DNA from: Eledone cirrhosa
Taxonomy: Eukaryota
Direction of reading: 5' to 3'
DNA: 64,000 bases
NCBI GenBank assembly: GCA_964016885.1
Contig: OZ024747.1
Coordinates: 41,292,001-41,356,000 of the forward strand
Shown: piece after piece, positions 42,606 through 56,567 of the stretch
How the letters are laid out: each line of letters opens with the position of its first letter
How positions within the stretch are numbered: the first letter of the stretch is position 1
Notes under the pieces: model-generated
What the model saw: the letters and a program-made list of their open reading frames with translations, nothing else
Told to the model about the DNA's origin: nothing
Databases searched by the model: none
Made by a program: the position numbers and the translations under genes

Positions 42606-42860
42606 AATCAGGAAAATAAGGAGGTTGTTCCAGTACGGCGATGTTCTTCTTGGCCAGTAACCGCCGGATGCTCAGGGAGTTGTGAGCCGGCGATCTTCCG
42701 GATGCCCAAATGCTTGGTGATAATCTTCCAAACGCTGTCGCGGTTCATACCCAGCTTGCTTGCGATCAGTCAAACAGTCAGCCGACGATCGCTACGCACC
42801 ACTTTCCTCGTGCACTCAACGGTGGCCTCAGTCCTGCTTGTTGAAGGCCTTCCGCTCCCA
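42606..42860 (-). mobile_element. Internally deleted mariner transposase fragment
   Basis: Minus strand SGRPSTS..VRSDRRLTV*LIASKLGMNRDSVWKII (HTH region) is fused to PAHNSLSIRRLLAKKNIAVLEQPPYFPD (YSPDL motif). Confidence 0.85.
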
Positions 42861-42900
42861 CTCCAGAAGTCACTTCTATATCAAACATTATATATATATA

Positions 42901-43085
42901 TATTGGGAGCCCCTACATGGACACACTAGAAGAGGAAGACCAAGGTTAACATATGTTGATGCCCTAAGGACAGACACTGGTCTGTTGGAGATGCAGGATA
43001 TGGCAGCGATAATGAGGGACAGAGACCGCCGGAGAGAACTCGTCCATGGATCTCGGGAATTTTACCCGCCTTAGATAGATAGATT
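42901..43085 (+). mobile_element. 3' end of RTE-class LINE
   Basis: WEPLHGHTRRGRPRLTYVDALRTDTGL..MRDRD..stop, with a (TAGA)n tail. Confidence 0.8.
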
Positions 43086-43327
43086 GTTATACTTGGGGAG
43101 GGTCATATTTGTGTAATAATATTGGCAGAATTAATAACAGAACACACTCACTGTTTGGTTGGTTTTCGCTTCTGTGTCTTTTATATAGGTTAATTTAATT
43201 TATTCGGTCCTCAATGTTACCATTGACTGACCAACGGTCAAAAATACAGATATAATATAGACACAAACACATATATATAGTCTAACAAAGTTCTTTCGTT
43301 GCACATCTGCAACATCGTCAGTGGTGC

Positions 43328-43330
<3 letters not shown>
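43085..43330 (-). mobile_element. PLE 3' end related to 241-740, with degenerate hammerhead
   Basis: Terminus TGACCCTCCCCAAGTATAACAA. Minus-strand CTGACGA-t gttgca gatg tgcaac-GAAAG; stems I and III are decayed. Confidence 0.6.
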
Positions 43331-43385
<55 letters not shown>

Positions 43386-43479
43386 GTGAGGTTTTTTTAC
43401 AAAATGAAAAATAATCGATGTGTCCTACACGAGTGAAAGTATAAAAAAAAAAAGATGAAATCGAAAATGCAACTGGAGT

Positions 43480-44780
<1,301 letters not shown>

Positions 44781-44806
44781 AGGTGTGTGCGTTTAATACT
44801 ACCTAC

Positions 44807-45104
44807 CTTGTTCATAGTTAAAGGTGGCGCTGGTTATGTGAAGCATATATTCACAGGCCTCGTTGAATGAGTCCCATTTGCCGTTTAGAAACTTCTTGAA
44901 AGCGACCGAACTATTAAACGTTGGATCCAAATCGTTCAGATGTTGTAAAGAGTTGTTGACATAACATAAAAAATAGTTTTTACATTGTTTACTGGGGCTT
45001 GAACCAGCTGTGTCACCATCAGTGACTGTCAATGTGCTGGAACATTTTACTAATAGAAATGAGAAGAGGGTTATAATATGGTATTGCCATCGAAAAGCTT
45101 CCAT
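44807..45104 (-). CDS. Candidate first coding exon of a secreted or membrane protein (unknown family)
   Basis: Good start context gaaATGG. Signal-peptide-like MEAFRWQYHIITLFSFLLVKCSS, three further Cys, sequons NNS and NSS. Ends at a strong donor CAAG|GTAGGT (phase 1). It is a complex-sequence island between microsatellites. No downstream exon identified. Confidence 0.55.
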
Positions 45105-45153
45105 TTCTTTTTCTTTAATATATATATGCGTGTTTGTGCGTGAATATATATAA

Positions 45154-45251
<98 letters not shown>

Positions 45252-45579
45252 TTATGTATGAATGTATGTGTATATATATATATGTGTGTGTGTATGTGTG
45301 TTAGGTAATTCTAAATTAATATATTATTATCGTCTGTGATCTAGAAACCTTTGGTAATGGAGTAATTATATTTTGTGTTGTTCACTTTCTAATTAAATAT
45401 ATATATATATATATATATACTTGTTGCCACAATACGTATTGTTGTTGGTGGTATTGATGGTTAGTTTCTAATACTTACGTTGATACAAACACACGAACTA
45501 AGAAACACACGTACACCGTCACACAGAAACACACGTACACTCAAACACATTAACGCCTATATATATGTACTTGTGCGTA

Positions 45580-45693
<114 letters not shown>

Positions 45694-45773
45694 TTGTACT
45701 CTCTTTGTGATATATTTCAGAATTTCCTTTGAGAATTCAAGCCGGTCACTAGCAACGTGAGACCGTCTTTTAG

Positions 45774-45811
<38 letters not shown>

Positions 45812-45812
<1 letters not shown>

Positions 45813-45936
45813 GCAATACTTTTAGTTAGCACCCCGAACGCACATAATTAGGAATATAATCACTTATTTCCTAATGTTGGTTGAGGGAGTTGGAATTTGG
45901 CCGGAGTATCGGTAAAAAGCTTTCTCCGATATTGTA
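45812..45936 (+). mobile_element. Short PLE-like terminus in (TA)n
   Basis: Reverse-complement homolog of 42102-42230, flanked by TA tracts. Confidence 0.6.
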
Positions 45937-46019
45937 TTTATATATATATATATATATATATAAATATATATATATATATCCACTTATGTAAATATTTGAA
46001 TGTATATATATATATCTGT

Positions 46020-46252
46020 GTGTGTGTGTGTGTGCGTATGTATGTATGTGTACGTATGTTTGTACGTATGCGTGTATGTACGTACGTACGTACGTACGTA
46101 TGTATGTATGTGTACGTATGCGTGTACGTACGTATGTATGTATGTATGTGTACGTTTGCGTGTACGTACGTATGTATGTATGTATGTGTACGTATGCGTG
46201 TACGTACGCATGTATGTATGTGTACGTATGTATGTGTACGTATGTATATGTA
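46020..46252. repeat. (TATG)n/(TACG)n compound microsatellite
   Basis: Direct inspection. Confidence 0.9.
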
Positions 46253-46444
46253 TTAGTTGTGATCTGTTAGTTGTGAGTTTCTCTACTATATAGATTCCTT
46301 GTTATATGTTTATTCAACACCTGCCACTTTTACAGTCTCGACTGTTGTGGTGATGTTCACTGAAAATTATTCTCCTTCCGTGGAATATAGTGTTTCAATG
46401 ATAGACTCTGGTTTATACCAAACTTCTCATTATATTATCATACA

Positions 46445-46621
46445 GTGAATTGGCAGTATTGGTGGAGGGTCAGACATGCTTTCCAGCGTAGTTACGTCCC
46501 TTTACGATCTGAGTTCAAATCCCGCCGAGGTTGCCTTTGCCTTTCATCCTTACGGGGTCGATAAAATAAGGTAACAGTAATACACTAGGTAATTGCTGGC
46601 CTTGTGCTAAAAGTAGAAGCA
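46445..46621 (+). mobile_element. tRNA-derived SINE with 11-bp TSD
   Basis: TSD ATTATCATACA at 46434-46444 and 46622-46632. Confidence 0.9.
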
Positions 46622-46656
46622 ATTATCATACACTGGTTCTTTATGTACGTATGCGC

Positions 46657-46712
<56 letters not shown>

Positions 46713-46891
46713 ATCTATGGATCTATGTTAGTGTGTATGTCTGTGTTTGTATGCATGTATATATGTGTGTGTGTGTGGTTACTGTATGTACATAAGTGCA
46801 TATATATGTATAGATATATATATATAGATAGTCTAAGGTAAGCAGCCGAAACCGCCCGGGCTCGTGATCGATCCTCTGATTTCACACACAC

Positions 46892-46949
<58 letters not shown>

Positions 46950-48264
46950 TTTTTCTATATTAAATTCGTTGTATACACTCTATTAATGTATTGAGTACCT
47001 TATTAATGTGGTTACCCCCCGATTGAACCCGGGACTATATGTATGTATATTCACTGAGTCCTTAAAACATTAGTCAAAATGCTTTGCGTATTTGTTCTAG
47101 TTCTCTGCGCTCTGATATCGAATCCCGCCAAAGTCAACTGTGCCTTTTATTACGGTGGTGATCCAGCATGGCCGCAGTCTAAAAACTGAAAGCAGTAAAT
47201 AAATAAAATTATATATATATATATGTGTGTGTGTGTCTGTATATGTGTATGTGTATGTATGTATGTATTCGATCTAATTCGTATGTCTATGTGATTAAGT
47301 GTTTGGTAAATTTTATAATAGTTTCTTTATCAGTACATTGTATGTGTTACACTTTAGTGAAGTGTAAAGATGTAGAGATGTGGTCTGTAAGAATTATCTA
47401 TAGATTATATATCGATTAAATATATATATGTGTGTGTATTTTATATTGATAGATATAGATATATATTGCGTGTGTGTATGTATTTTGTATTGATAGACAG
47501 ATATGGATATTGATATATGTATATTGATATATATGTGTGTGTATCTGCTTCTCTCGCTTCCCCCACTACCTTCTCTCTCTCACATACACACACGCTCTCT
47601 CTATCTCCCTCACTCACTCACACACTCACACTCGCTCACTCTCTCTCTATCTCTCGCTCCCTCACACTCTCACTCTCTCACACAAAGACATATACACACA
47701 ATTTATGTATTGCAGTAAAATATTGCTGAATGAAATGTGGTTTTAAGAAACCAATGAAAGAACGGAAGAAGTTGTTTTGTTTTTCTGTGGTTGTTTTGCT
47801 TGTTTTGTTTTGTTATGTCTTTTTTTTTTGTTATTTTTGTTTGTTTTGTGTGTGCGTGTTTTTTTTGTTTTTTTTTTTTGAAGAAAAATTAATAATGATA
47901 TGTTTCCGATTAAAACCTGAATCCTCCGACTGGAACCACTTATGAATCAACCAAATATTTTGGCAATGAAACAGACGGTGAATAGTGATAAAACTAATGA
48001 TTTCTACTATAGGCACAAGGCCAGCATTTTGGTAAAATAATAATGATAATGAAAATGAAAATGGCTTCTAATAGGCAATTTACGAGGAGGAGAAAAGTCG
48101 AATAAAATATAATGATAAAGTATGTTTGTTTAGTTTAAGTGTGAGTTTTGGGGGTTTTTTTCCGAGTGTATAAACTGCTATACTGTTCCCGAGAACTTCA
48201 CACGAGTGTAATATTTTCTTATTGTCACAATCCGCTCCAGTTTGCTGATATCACTTTAAAAACA

Positions 48265-48347
48265 GATGTAACCACGTGACGTTTTCATTGTCTATTGGCT
48301 GAACACGGAAATGTTTTGAACAACTAAACTTCACAACACATGGCGTA
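48265..48347. promoter_or_regulatory. Possible Pol II promoter motif cluster
   Basis: CACGTGAC (E-box/CLEAR-like), ATTGG (CCAAT), CGGAAAT (Ets-like) and ACATGGCG (YY1-like) within ~80 bp of non-repetitive DNA. Confidence 0.3.
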
Positions 48348-48729
48348 TGCAAATATCTGTGTGCAGTGCACTGCTTGCCTATCTGACTGTATGTGTCTGC
48401 AAGTGTGCATGTGTGTCTGTGTCTGTCAGTGTGTATCTGCATGAGTGTATGTGTATGCGGGTATGCGTGTGTGTATATGCGTGTGTATGTGTGTATATGT
48501 GTATACATATATGCGTATGTGTGTGTGTGTGTATGTGTGTGTATATGTGAGTGTATGCGTATGTGTGTGTATATATGTATGTGTGTATATGAATATATAT
48601 GTGTGTGTGTGTGTATATATATATATGTGTGTGCGTGTATGTGTGTATATAAATGTGTGTGGGTGCGTGTATGTGTGTGTGCGAGTATGTGTGTATATAA
48701 ATGTGTGTGCTTGTATGTGTGTATATAAA

Positions 48730-48768
<39 letters not shown>

Positions 48769-49142
48769 ATGTGTGCAGTCCAGGCGTTTCGTGGTTAGTG
48801 CTAACGTCGTGAGTTCGATACTCAGCTGCGCCATGTCTACTCTAGCATCATATTGTATTCCTCGTTGTTCCAGTCCACTCAATGAGATGCGGCGGTAATT
48901 TGTATCACAGCCACACGGCCTGTTTTGGCAAAAATTGTGCCATTCTGAATCTTCCTGAGATTTAAATTGAGGGAACATATTTCTGTCGAATGCTCGGGCA
49001 CTTGCACGTTAATTTCACGAACGGTCTGTCCTGTTGATTAAAAAACTAGAACACTCATCGTCGAAATATTTTTTGCTAATAGACACGTTTCCTCTGAAAA
49101 GCACGTAACATCACTACACCAGTAATGCGGTCCCGGGCGGTA

Positions 49143-49326
49143 TACGAGGGGGCGTTCTCTTGTTTGTGAGAGCCCATGTGCAGGATGCTTCGTGTTCTCG
49201 TGTCCCCAGCGGACAGAATGGAAAAAACAATGCACCTCGGAGAGAAAGACGCCTTGCAATAGCCACTCCAACTCTCAGAGCTCGCCTCTGTATTTGGTCA
49301 ACTCATTATACCTTTTTTGTATCGTA
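49143..49326. mobile_element. Possible mariner-derived miniature element
   Basis: Begins TACGAGGG and ends ..TCGTA, resembling mariner termini. The TIR match is poor. Confidence 0.3.
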
Positions 49327-49403
49327 TGTATTTTCCTTTAACTTTTGAAGTCAGGGTTGAGAACTTTAAGCTGTCATCATGGCAGTATTATTATTATTAT
49401 TAT

Positions 49404-49592
49404 GGCAGTAGATTGGCAGTATCGGTAGAGGGTCGGACGTTATGCTTTGACGCATAGAGTTGCGGCCCTTTCGATTCTGTGTTCAAATCCCGCCGAGGTT
49501 CACTTTGCCTTTCATCCTTACGGGGTCGATAAAAATAAAGTACCAGTAATGTACTGGGATAATTGCTGGCCTTGTGCCAAAAGTAGAAATAA
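49404..49592 (+). mobile_element. Full-length tRNA-derived SINE
   Basis: Head, B-box, core and tail as at 36871, followed by (ATT)n. Confidence 0.9.
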
Positions 49593-49613
49593 TAATTATT
49601 ATTATTATTATTT

Positions 49614-49619
49614 GTAGTT

Positions 49620-49656
<37 letters not shown>

Positions 49657-49676
49657 CAGCAGCAGCAGCAGGGGCT

Positions 49677-49716
<40 letters not shown>

Positions 49717-49730
49717 CAGCAGCAGAGGCT

Positions 49731-49803
<73 letters not shown>

Positions 49804-49820
49804 CAGCAGCAGCAGGGGCT

Positions 49821-49853
<33 letters not shown>

Positions 49854-49897
49854 ATAGCAGCAGCAGCAGGGGCTGTAGTAGTAGTAGTAGTAGTAGT
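49614..49897. repeat. (AGT)n/(AGC)n compound repeat, four blocks
   Basis: (agt)n(agc)n-aggggctgt repeated. Confidence 0.9.
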
Positions 49898-50020
49898 GAT
49901 GCCGAAATTATGTTGGTGTTACAAGTAACTTCATCACGTTGTTGTTATTGTTGCATTAATAACATGAGCAACGCCAGCAGCAAGAGCAGCGGCAACAGCA
50001 GCGGCAACAGCATTAGTAAC

Positions 50021-50810
50021 AGCAAAAGTACGAGCAACAGCAGCAGCAACAGCAACAAGAGGAGTCACAGCAACGGCTACAATGACAGCAGCAGCAACAA
50101 CAGCAGCAAAAGTACGAGCAACAGCAGCAACAACAGCAACAAGAGCAGTCACAGCAACGGCTACAATGACAGCAGCAGCAACAACAGCAGCAAAAGTACG
50201 AACAACAGCAGCAGCAACAGCAACAAGAGCAGTCACAGCAACGGCTACAATGACAGCACCACCAACAACAGCAGCAAAAGTACGAGCAACAGCAGCAGCA
50301 ACAGCAACAAGAGCAGTCACAGCAACGGCTACAATGACAGCAGCAGCAACAACAGCAGCAAAAGTACGAGCAACAGCAGCAGCAACAGCAACAAGAGCAG
50401 TCACAGCAACGGCTACAATGACAGCACCACCAACAACAGCAGCAAAAGTACGAGCAACAGCAGCAGCAACAGCAACAAGAGCAGTCACAGCAACGGCTAC
50501 AATGACAGCAGCAGCAACAACAGCAGCAAAAGTACGAGCAACAGCAGCAGCAACAACAACAAAAGCAGTCACAGCAACGGCTACAATGACAGCACCACCA
50601 ACAACAGCAGCAAAAGTACGAGCAACAGCAGCAGCAACAGCAACAAGAGCAGTCACAGCAACGGCAACAATGACAGCAGCAGCAACAACAGCAGCAAAAG
50701 TACGAGCACAGCAGCAGCAACAGCAACAAGAGCAGTCACAGCAACGGCAACAATGACAGCACCACCAACAACAGCAGCAAAAGTACGAGCAACAGCAGCA
50801 GCAACAACAG
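50021..50810. repeat. 84-bp CAG/CAA-rich minisatellite, ~9.5 copies
   Basis: agcaaaagtacgagc recurs at 50021, 50105, 50189 and onward. Alternating agcagcagc/agcaccacc variants give a 168-bp dimer. Confidence 0.93.
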
Positions 50811-51089
50811 CAGTAGCAACAGAAGTAGCAACAGAAGTATCAACAACAGCAACAGCAACAGCAAGAGTAACAGCAACACTAGCAGCAGCAGCAGCAGCAA
50901 CAGCAACAAGAGCAGTCACGGCAACAATGACAACACCACCAACAGCAGCAACAACAACAACAGCCGCTGCTGGTATTATTGCAGTTGATATAACGACTGT
51001 AAGTCCAGCAGTAATAAGCCTCAGCCAAGTAATTCACCCATAAGATACAGTTTACAGTTAATAGTTACAGTAGCATGTGTAAAAAAAAA

Positions 51090-51410
51090 ATGGTCAATTG
51101 GCAGAGTTGTTAGAACACCCGATAGAATACTTTGCGGTGGTCGTTCCTGCTCTCTAGATTCTGAGTTCAAATTCTGCCAAGGATTCATCCTTTCGAAGTC
51201 GATAAAAAAAAAAGTATAATTCTAGTACTTTACTGTGGTTGATTTTTCCTCTATATCTCTTTCTCACTTTCTCTCTATCCCTGTCTTTCCTTTTCTATTT
51301 GAGAAATCACCTATGTTCAGACATGGAGAAGTTTAAAATGCTCGACACAAGCCGTTTCTCACTACGGTGCCCATTAGACTTCATCAAGAGTTACGGGTCC
51401 ATGTACGCAT
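51090..51410 (+). mobile_element. Old SINE with extended 3' region
   Basis: SINE head and core plus ~170 bp shared with 58115-58420 (minus) and 62680-62965. Confidence 0.6.
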
Positions 51411-51827
51411 ATATAGCACTTGAAAAAAAGGCGCGTGGCTTGGTTGTTAGGGGTGTTCGGTTCATAACTGTACAGTCAAGTGTTCAATACCCAGGGGTGC
51501 ATTATATCCTTGAGAAAAGCACTATATTTTATGTACGAGTAGTAGTAGTAGTAAGAGTGAAACGTAGCAAAGATACCTAATACTCCGGGAATGTTTTCTA
51601 CCTACGCAGAGAGTAACAACCAACATCTCCATTAACAACAACAACAACAATAATATCAAGAGCCATATAATTTACAAAAGTTTGTCTTCTTTTATTTTGT
51701 TTAATTTAGGATTCAAGCCAGCAATTTGAAGGATGGGTCAAAAACATTGACATTGACCCCAGTTTTTGAATGGTATTTTTATTTTATCGACCGGGGGAGG
51801 GGGTCAAAGGCAACGTTGACCTCAGTC

Positions 51828-52348
51828 ATATATATGTATATAATATATCCATATATGTATATAATATATCCATATATGTATATAATATATCCATATATGT
51901 ATATAATATATCCATATATGTATATAATATATCGATATATGTATATAATATATCCATATATGTATATAATATATCCATATATGTATATAATATATCCATA
52001 TATGTATATAATATATCCATATATGTATATAATATATCAATATATGTATATAATATATCAATATATGTATATAATATATCCATATATGTATATAATATAT
52101 CCATATATGTATATTATATATCTATATATGTATATAATATATCCATATATGTATATAATATATCCATATATGTATATAATATATCCATATATGTATATAA
52201 TATATCCATATATGTATATAATATATCCATATATGTATATTATATATCTATATATGTATATAATATATCCATATATGTATATAATATATCCATATATGTA
52301 TATAATATATCCATATATGTATATAATATATCGATATATGTATATAAT
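51828..52348. repeat. 21-bp minisatellite CATATATGTATATAATATATC, ~25 copies
   Basis: Direct inspection; lies between two minus-strand SINEs. Confidence 0.95.
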
Positions 52349-52535
52349 TGTTTCTACTTTTGGCACAAGGCCAGCAATTATCCCAGTGTATGACTGGTAC
52401 TTTATGTTATCGACCCCGTAAGGATGAAAGGCAAAGTTAACCTCGGCGAGATTTGAACTCAGATCATAAAGGGCCGTAACTCTTTGCTGCAAAGCATGGC
52501 GTCCGACCCTCTACCGATACTGCCAATCCATCGCC
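52349..52535 (-). mobile_element. Full-length tRNA-derived SINE with 15-bp TSD
   Basis: TSD ATATATGTATATAAT at 52334-52348 and 52536-52550. Confidence 0.92.
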
Positions 52536-53049
52536 ATATATGTATATAATATATCCATATATAATATATCCACCCACACACCCATATCCTACTAACAACT
52601 CCACTAATAAACACACACTCGCACAAACACACACACACCCACCACCCTCTCCATCAACTTTACCTCTCTTCACACTAATACACCACACACCACGATACAC
52701 TCCACTCCAACACACACAATCAACTACACCCGCTCTCCCCCAGACTCTCACACTTACATCCACGCATACACACACACACACACGTACATTTACACACACA
52801 CACACCTCACCTTCCGCCATCACCGCTCGGACTCCATTTTTCCTTCGCCCCTCTCTCTAAACCTTCACCCACCCCTCACGCACCACCACACCCGTGCCTC
52901 CATCCCCGGGTCCATACACCCTTCTCACACTCTAATATTCTGTTTTTTAACTTTTATTTTCCATTTCATGTTCCATTTTCAATTTATTTTTATTTCTATT
53001 TTTCTCGCTACCCCCCCCCCTTCACTCCTTGCTAGAGTCCCCCCCCCCC

Positions 53050-53090
53050 ATCTTCTGATGTAGGGCTTATGCCCGAAACGTCGCAACCAC
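53050..53090 (+). ncRNA. Degenerate minimal hammerhead
   Basis: CTGATGT-a gggc ttat gccc-GAAACGTC. One core change and no clear stem I. Follows a C-rich then T-rich, PLE-UTR-like segment. Confidence 0.4.
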
Positions 53091-53148
53091 ACGCCCGACT
53101 TTCACCAAGCGTGAAACTAATAATATTTGTAACATTTACTCCTGCGTA

Positions 53149-53538
53149 ATTAAAAGCATTTCGAAGACCTTAAGTTATTGTTTAAAGTACTGACAATGTC
53201 ACTTACTTCGATTTTCAGCAAACAGGGGGGATAAGCTGACAGAGCTCTGTTTCGTACTTGTTGGTACTTATCAAAGCTCACCACTCCTGCTGTTTGCTGA
53301 AAATTATGAATGTTGGATTCTTATAGAATTCCAGTAATAATCAGGAACTGATTATACAGAGCGGTTGCCGGTCTAGCAAAAATTGAAAATTAGAATTGGT
53401 GCTCTGAAATACCGATATATATATGAATGTATATATAGTGTATTTTGCAATACGCTGTATGCTTGATTAAAAGCATTTCGAAGACCTTACGCTATTGTTT
53501 AAAGTAGTGACAAAGTCACTTACTTCAATTTTCAGCAT
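53149..53538. mobile_element. Module with ~72-bp direct terminal repeats (pseudo-LTR-like)
   Basis: attaaaagcatttcgaagacctta...cacttactt..ttttcagca at 53149-53220 and 53466-53538; ends in a TA run. Confidence 0.5.
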
Positions 53539-53971
53539 ATATATATATGAAAATACATTAGAAAGATGTTTGCTTCAATTATAGAAAATGTTGAACTCCT
53601 CTCTGAACTTTTCATTTTGATAAAACAATAATCTGTAAGTAAAGAAAATGTCATGAAAATGTTTGCAATATTCTTTTGTCGTTGTACCAATATTATAGCT
53701 TTGGACTGATTATATTAACTATCTTAATTCACTTGTTCTGTTATCATAAGATTCTTCTGGCAATTTTAAAATGTTTCGAGCAATTTGCTATTTTAGTCTA
53801 TTTTTTTTTCCATTATATGTAATCATATTAACTAAATACAGATCAACAGCTTTTTTGCCTCTTAGTGAACCTCACCCACAGTAAACAAAATACCGTTGCT
53901 TTTTTTTTTAGACCGAATTTATAATGAAGTATTTTTGAGGGAATAAAAGTATCTCAATGTAAAAATGCACC

Positions 53972-54420
53972 TTCTTTTTCTCCCACTTATTCCTGAGAGG
54001 GTCGTGTGGGCAGAGTTCTCAAACACTCCTTCCAGTGGGTCCTGTCAGACCAAATGCCGCCAACTGACCCGGCTGGATCCCCAAGTGAGACCAGCCAAGT
54101 TCATGGATGTTATCCAACTATCTTGCTTGGGATCTACTCCTGGGTCTCCTGCCGGCTGGATTTGCCCGTAAAATCTGTCCAGTCCAGCGATTTTTTCCTA
54201 AGACATTCTAACCACATTCCCATATTCGGTGAAGTAGTGGCTCTACCTGGAGCGATTCTCTGATCTCCGAGCTACACACTCTATCGAGTAACGAAACTCC
54301 ACAGACCCTTCGGGGGAACCCCATTTCGGGTCCTTTTATTCGCGATCGTATTCTTTTAATAATTACACAAGATTCATGACACAAATACCGAACTGGAGAG
54401 AGTAAGTTTGGCTTTTACAC
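53972..54420 (-). mobile_element. Decayed RTE-class LINE 3' end
   Basis: Minus strand HESCVIIKRIRSRI..EMGFPRRVCGVSLLDRVCSSEIRESLQVEPLL and GRRPR..LGWSHLGI. Confidence 0.8.
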
Positions 54421-54868
54421 CTAACTACCTCGCCTTATACTAATTGTTAGAGTGTATTATTAAACAAAGATATATTTTTACCAGCTTCAACATTCGGTAG
54501 AAATATATGTTTATTTAATAATACACTCTAACATTTGACACAAAGGCAGCAATTTGTAGAGAGGGGAAAGTCGATTACATTGATCCCAGATTAATACTTT
54601 ATTTTATTGATCTCGATAGGATTTGAACTAGACTGTAAAGTGCTTATTTGATAATATAATGTGATAAAAATGGTTGTTTATTTTTAATGATGGCTGTTAA
54701 GTTTGTCAATATGTCAAGCTGCTTTGTTAACAAACATTTCTCATTCATATTTAAACAAAAATATTTATGTGACAACCACCTGTTAATTCATTATGTATTT
54801 TTTTCTATTTTTTTTCTGCAGATCAATATATATATATGTATATTCATTTTTCCATTACCATTACAAGG

Positions 54869-54953
54869 GGTCTGACGAGTCGCGAATTACAGACTCGCGT
54901 CAGATCGATACAGATCGAACCTTGAGGTAATCAGTGGCGAAACGCGCGTCACC
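54869..54953 (+). ncRNA. Type I hammerhead ribozyme with ~50-nt stem II insert
   Basis: ggt-CTGACGA-gtcgc[insert]gtggc-GAAAC gcgc GTC^-acc, then AATAAA. Sits in a ~160-bp islet between TA tracts. Confidence 0.65.
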
Positions 54954-55002
54954 AACCAATAAACGTAATTAAGGAATAACCAATCGTCCTTGTTATTTTA
55001 TT

Positions 55003-55105
<103 letters not shown>

Positions 55106-55204
55106 GTGTGTGTGTGTACAACAATACATTAGAAAGATGTCTGCTTTAACTATGGAAGATGCCGAACATTTTCAACGCCAAATGTCTTCAGAGTATTACC
55201 TTCT

Positions 55205-55580
55205 GCAGAGATAGAGTGAGAGTTATGGAATGGACTTCCGTCTGTTTTAACAATGACTATTCCTGTTGTTCGATCAACTGGTCAGACTGCTCATGAAATT
55301 AACGTGTAAATGGCTGAACATTCCACAGACACGTGTAGCCTTAACGTAATTCTCAACGTAACATAGTGTGTGACAAGGCAGGCCCTACGAATTACAGGTA
55401 CAATCCACCCAAGGGGCTTCCAAGCAGTTTTCATCAAACCAATTACATTCACAAAGCATGGGTCGATCCACGCCTATGGCAAATGATACATGTCCCAAGA
55501 TTCCACACATTGGAATCGAACCCGTGTCTTAATGATTGCGAAAAGAACTTTAAACCATTCGCCCATGCTGCAGCCACATA
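55205..55580 (-). mobile_element. Degenerate tRNA-derived SINE (second family)
   Basis: Minus-strand B-box GGTTCGATTCC at ~55512-55522. Body shared with 48985-49040. Confidence 0.6.
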
Positions 55581-56381
55581 AAATTATAGATATATTAGTT
55601 TCTAATTTATTATTCTACCAGAAGTTGTGAGCGCTAGATAGTATCAGCAATGGAAAGACCAGTGGAAACATCCAATTTGATGAGTTTCACCTTAATTGGT
55701 ACACGAATGTGGTCTAAGATCTTGTCAATCGATTCGATTCGATTAAATTTATTAAGGACAACCAAGTCAAGGAGAGACTAAAATTGCAAGACAAACTGCT
55801 ACAGCGTTTGGAGAGCCCTGTGGTCAGTGAAGTTGGTGGAAGCCGGCCAACAAGTTGTGGAGAACCTTTCACCAATTTTCACCCTTAGACCTTCGACCCT
55901 GTTTTTGAATCTGATGTGCTTAGAGACCCGACGCCGTTTTTGGCATAAAATTGTAATATCGAGAAGAGTCTATTTATAAGCCTGAAAATGACCAGTTTCT
56001 CAATGTTAATAAAATTTCATAGCAGAGACATATAGGCTGAACTCGCGTGACCTGAACGTAGAATACTGGATTGCTACAGGTCTCATTGAGGAGAGTCATG
56101 CATTTGAAATCGAAAACATGATGGACATTACACAATAAAATTTAATAAAGAAGAAGAAGAGGAGGAGGAGGAGGAGGAGGAGAACAGTGTCGACGACAAC
56201 GACAAGATACAATGAGTTAATACAGAAGCTATGTCTAAATTCTCAAAACAAAGTAGGAAGTTGAACAAATGAGCCGTGACAGCAGTAATAAGCAACATAT
56301 TTAAAGTAATAAAAGGAACTAATGAGACTGGATTGAAAGACAAAACAGTTCCGAACAATATTTATTATTCACAATATTTAA

Positions 56382-56567
56382 GGCGGTGGATTGGCAGTAT
56401 CGGTAGAGGGTCGGACGCCTTGCTTTGACGCAAAGAGTTACGTCCCTTTCCATTCTGAGTTCAAATCCCGCCGAGGTTAACTTTGCCTTTCATCCTTACA
56501 GGGTCGATAAAATAAAGTACCAGTAATGCACTGGGTAATTGCTGGCCTTGTGCCAAAAGTAGAAACA
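56382..56567 (+). mobile_element. Full-length tRNA-derived SINE with 13-bp TSD
   Basis: TSD ATTATTCACAATA at 56364-56376 and 56568-56580. Confidence 0.92.

Noticed and set aside
49574-51043. 489-aa Ser/Asn-rich protein as a single CDS
   Set aside because: It starts at a GTG inside a SINE tail and passes through (AGT)n and a minisatellite.
53335-53420. Hammerhead (CTGATTA..agagc/gctct GAAAT accg ATA)
   Set aside because: Core mismatch and no stem I pairing.
55620-56180. Coding exon or LINE remnant before the (GAA/GAG)n tract
   Set aside because: Stops in the frames examined and no recognisable motif; left unassigned.
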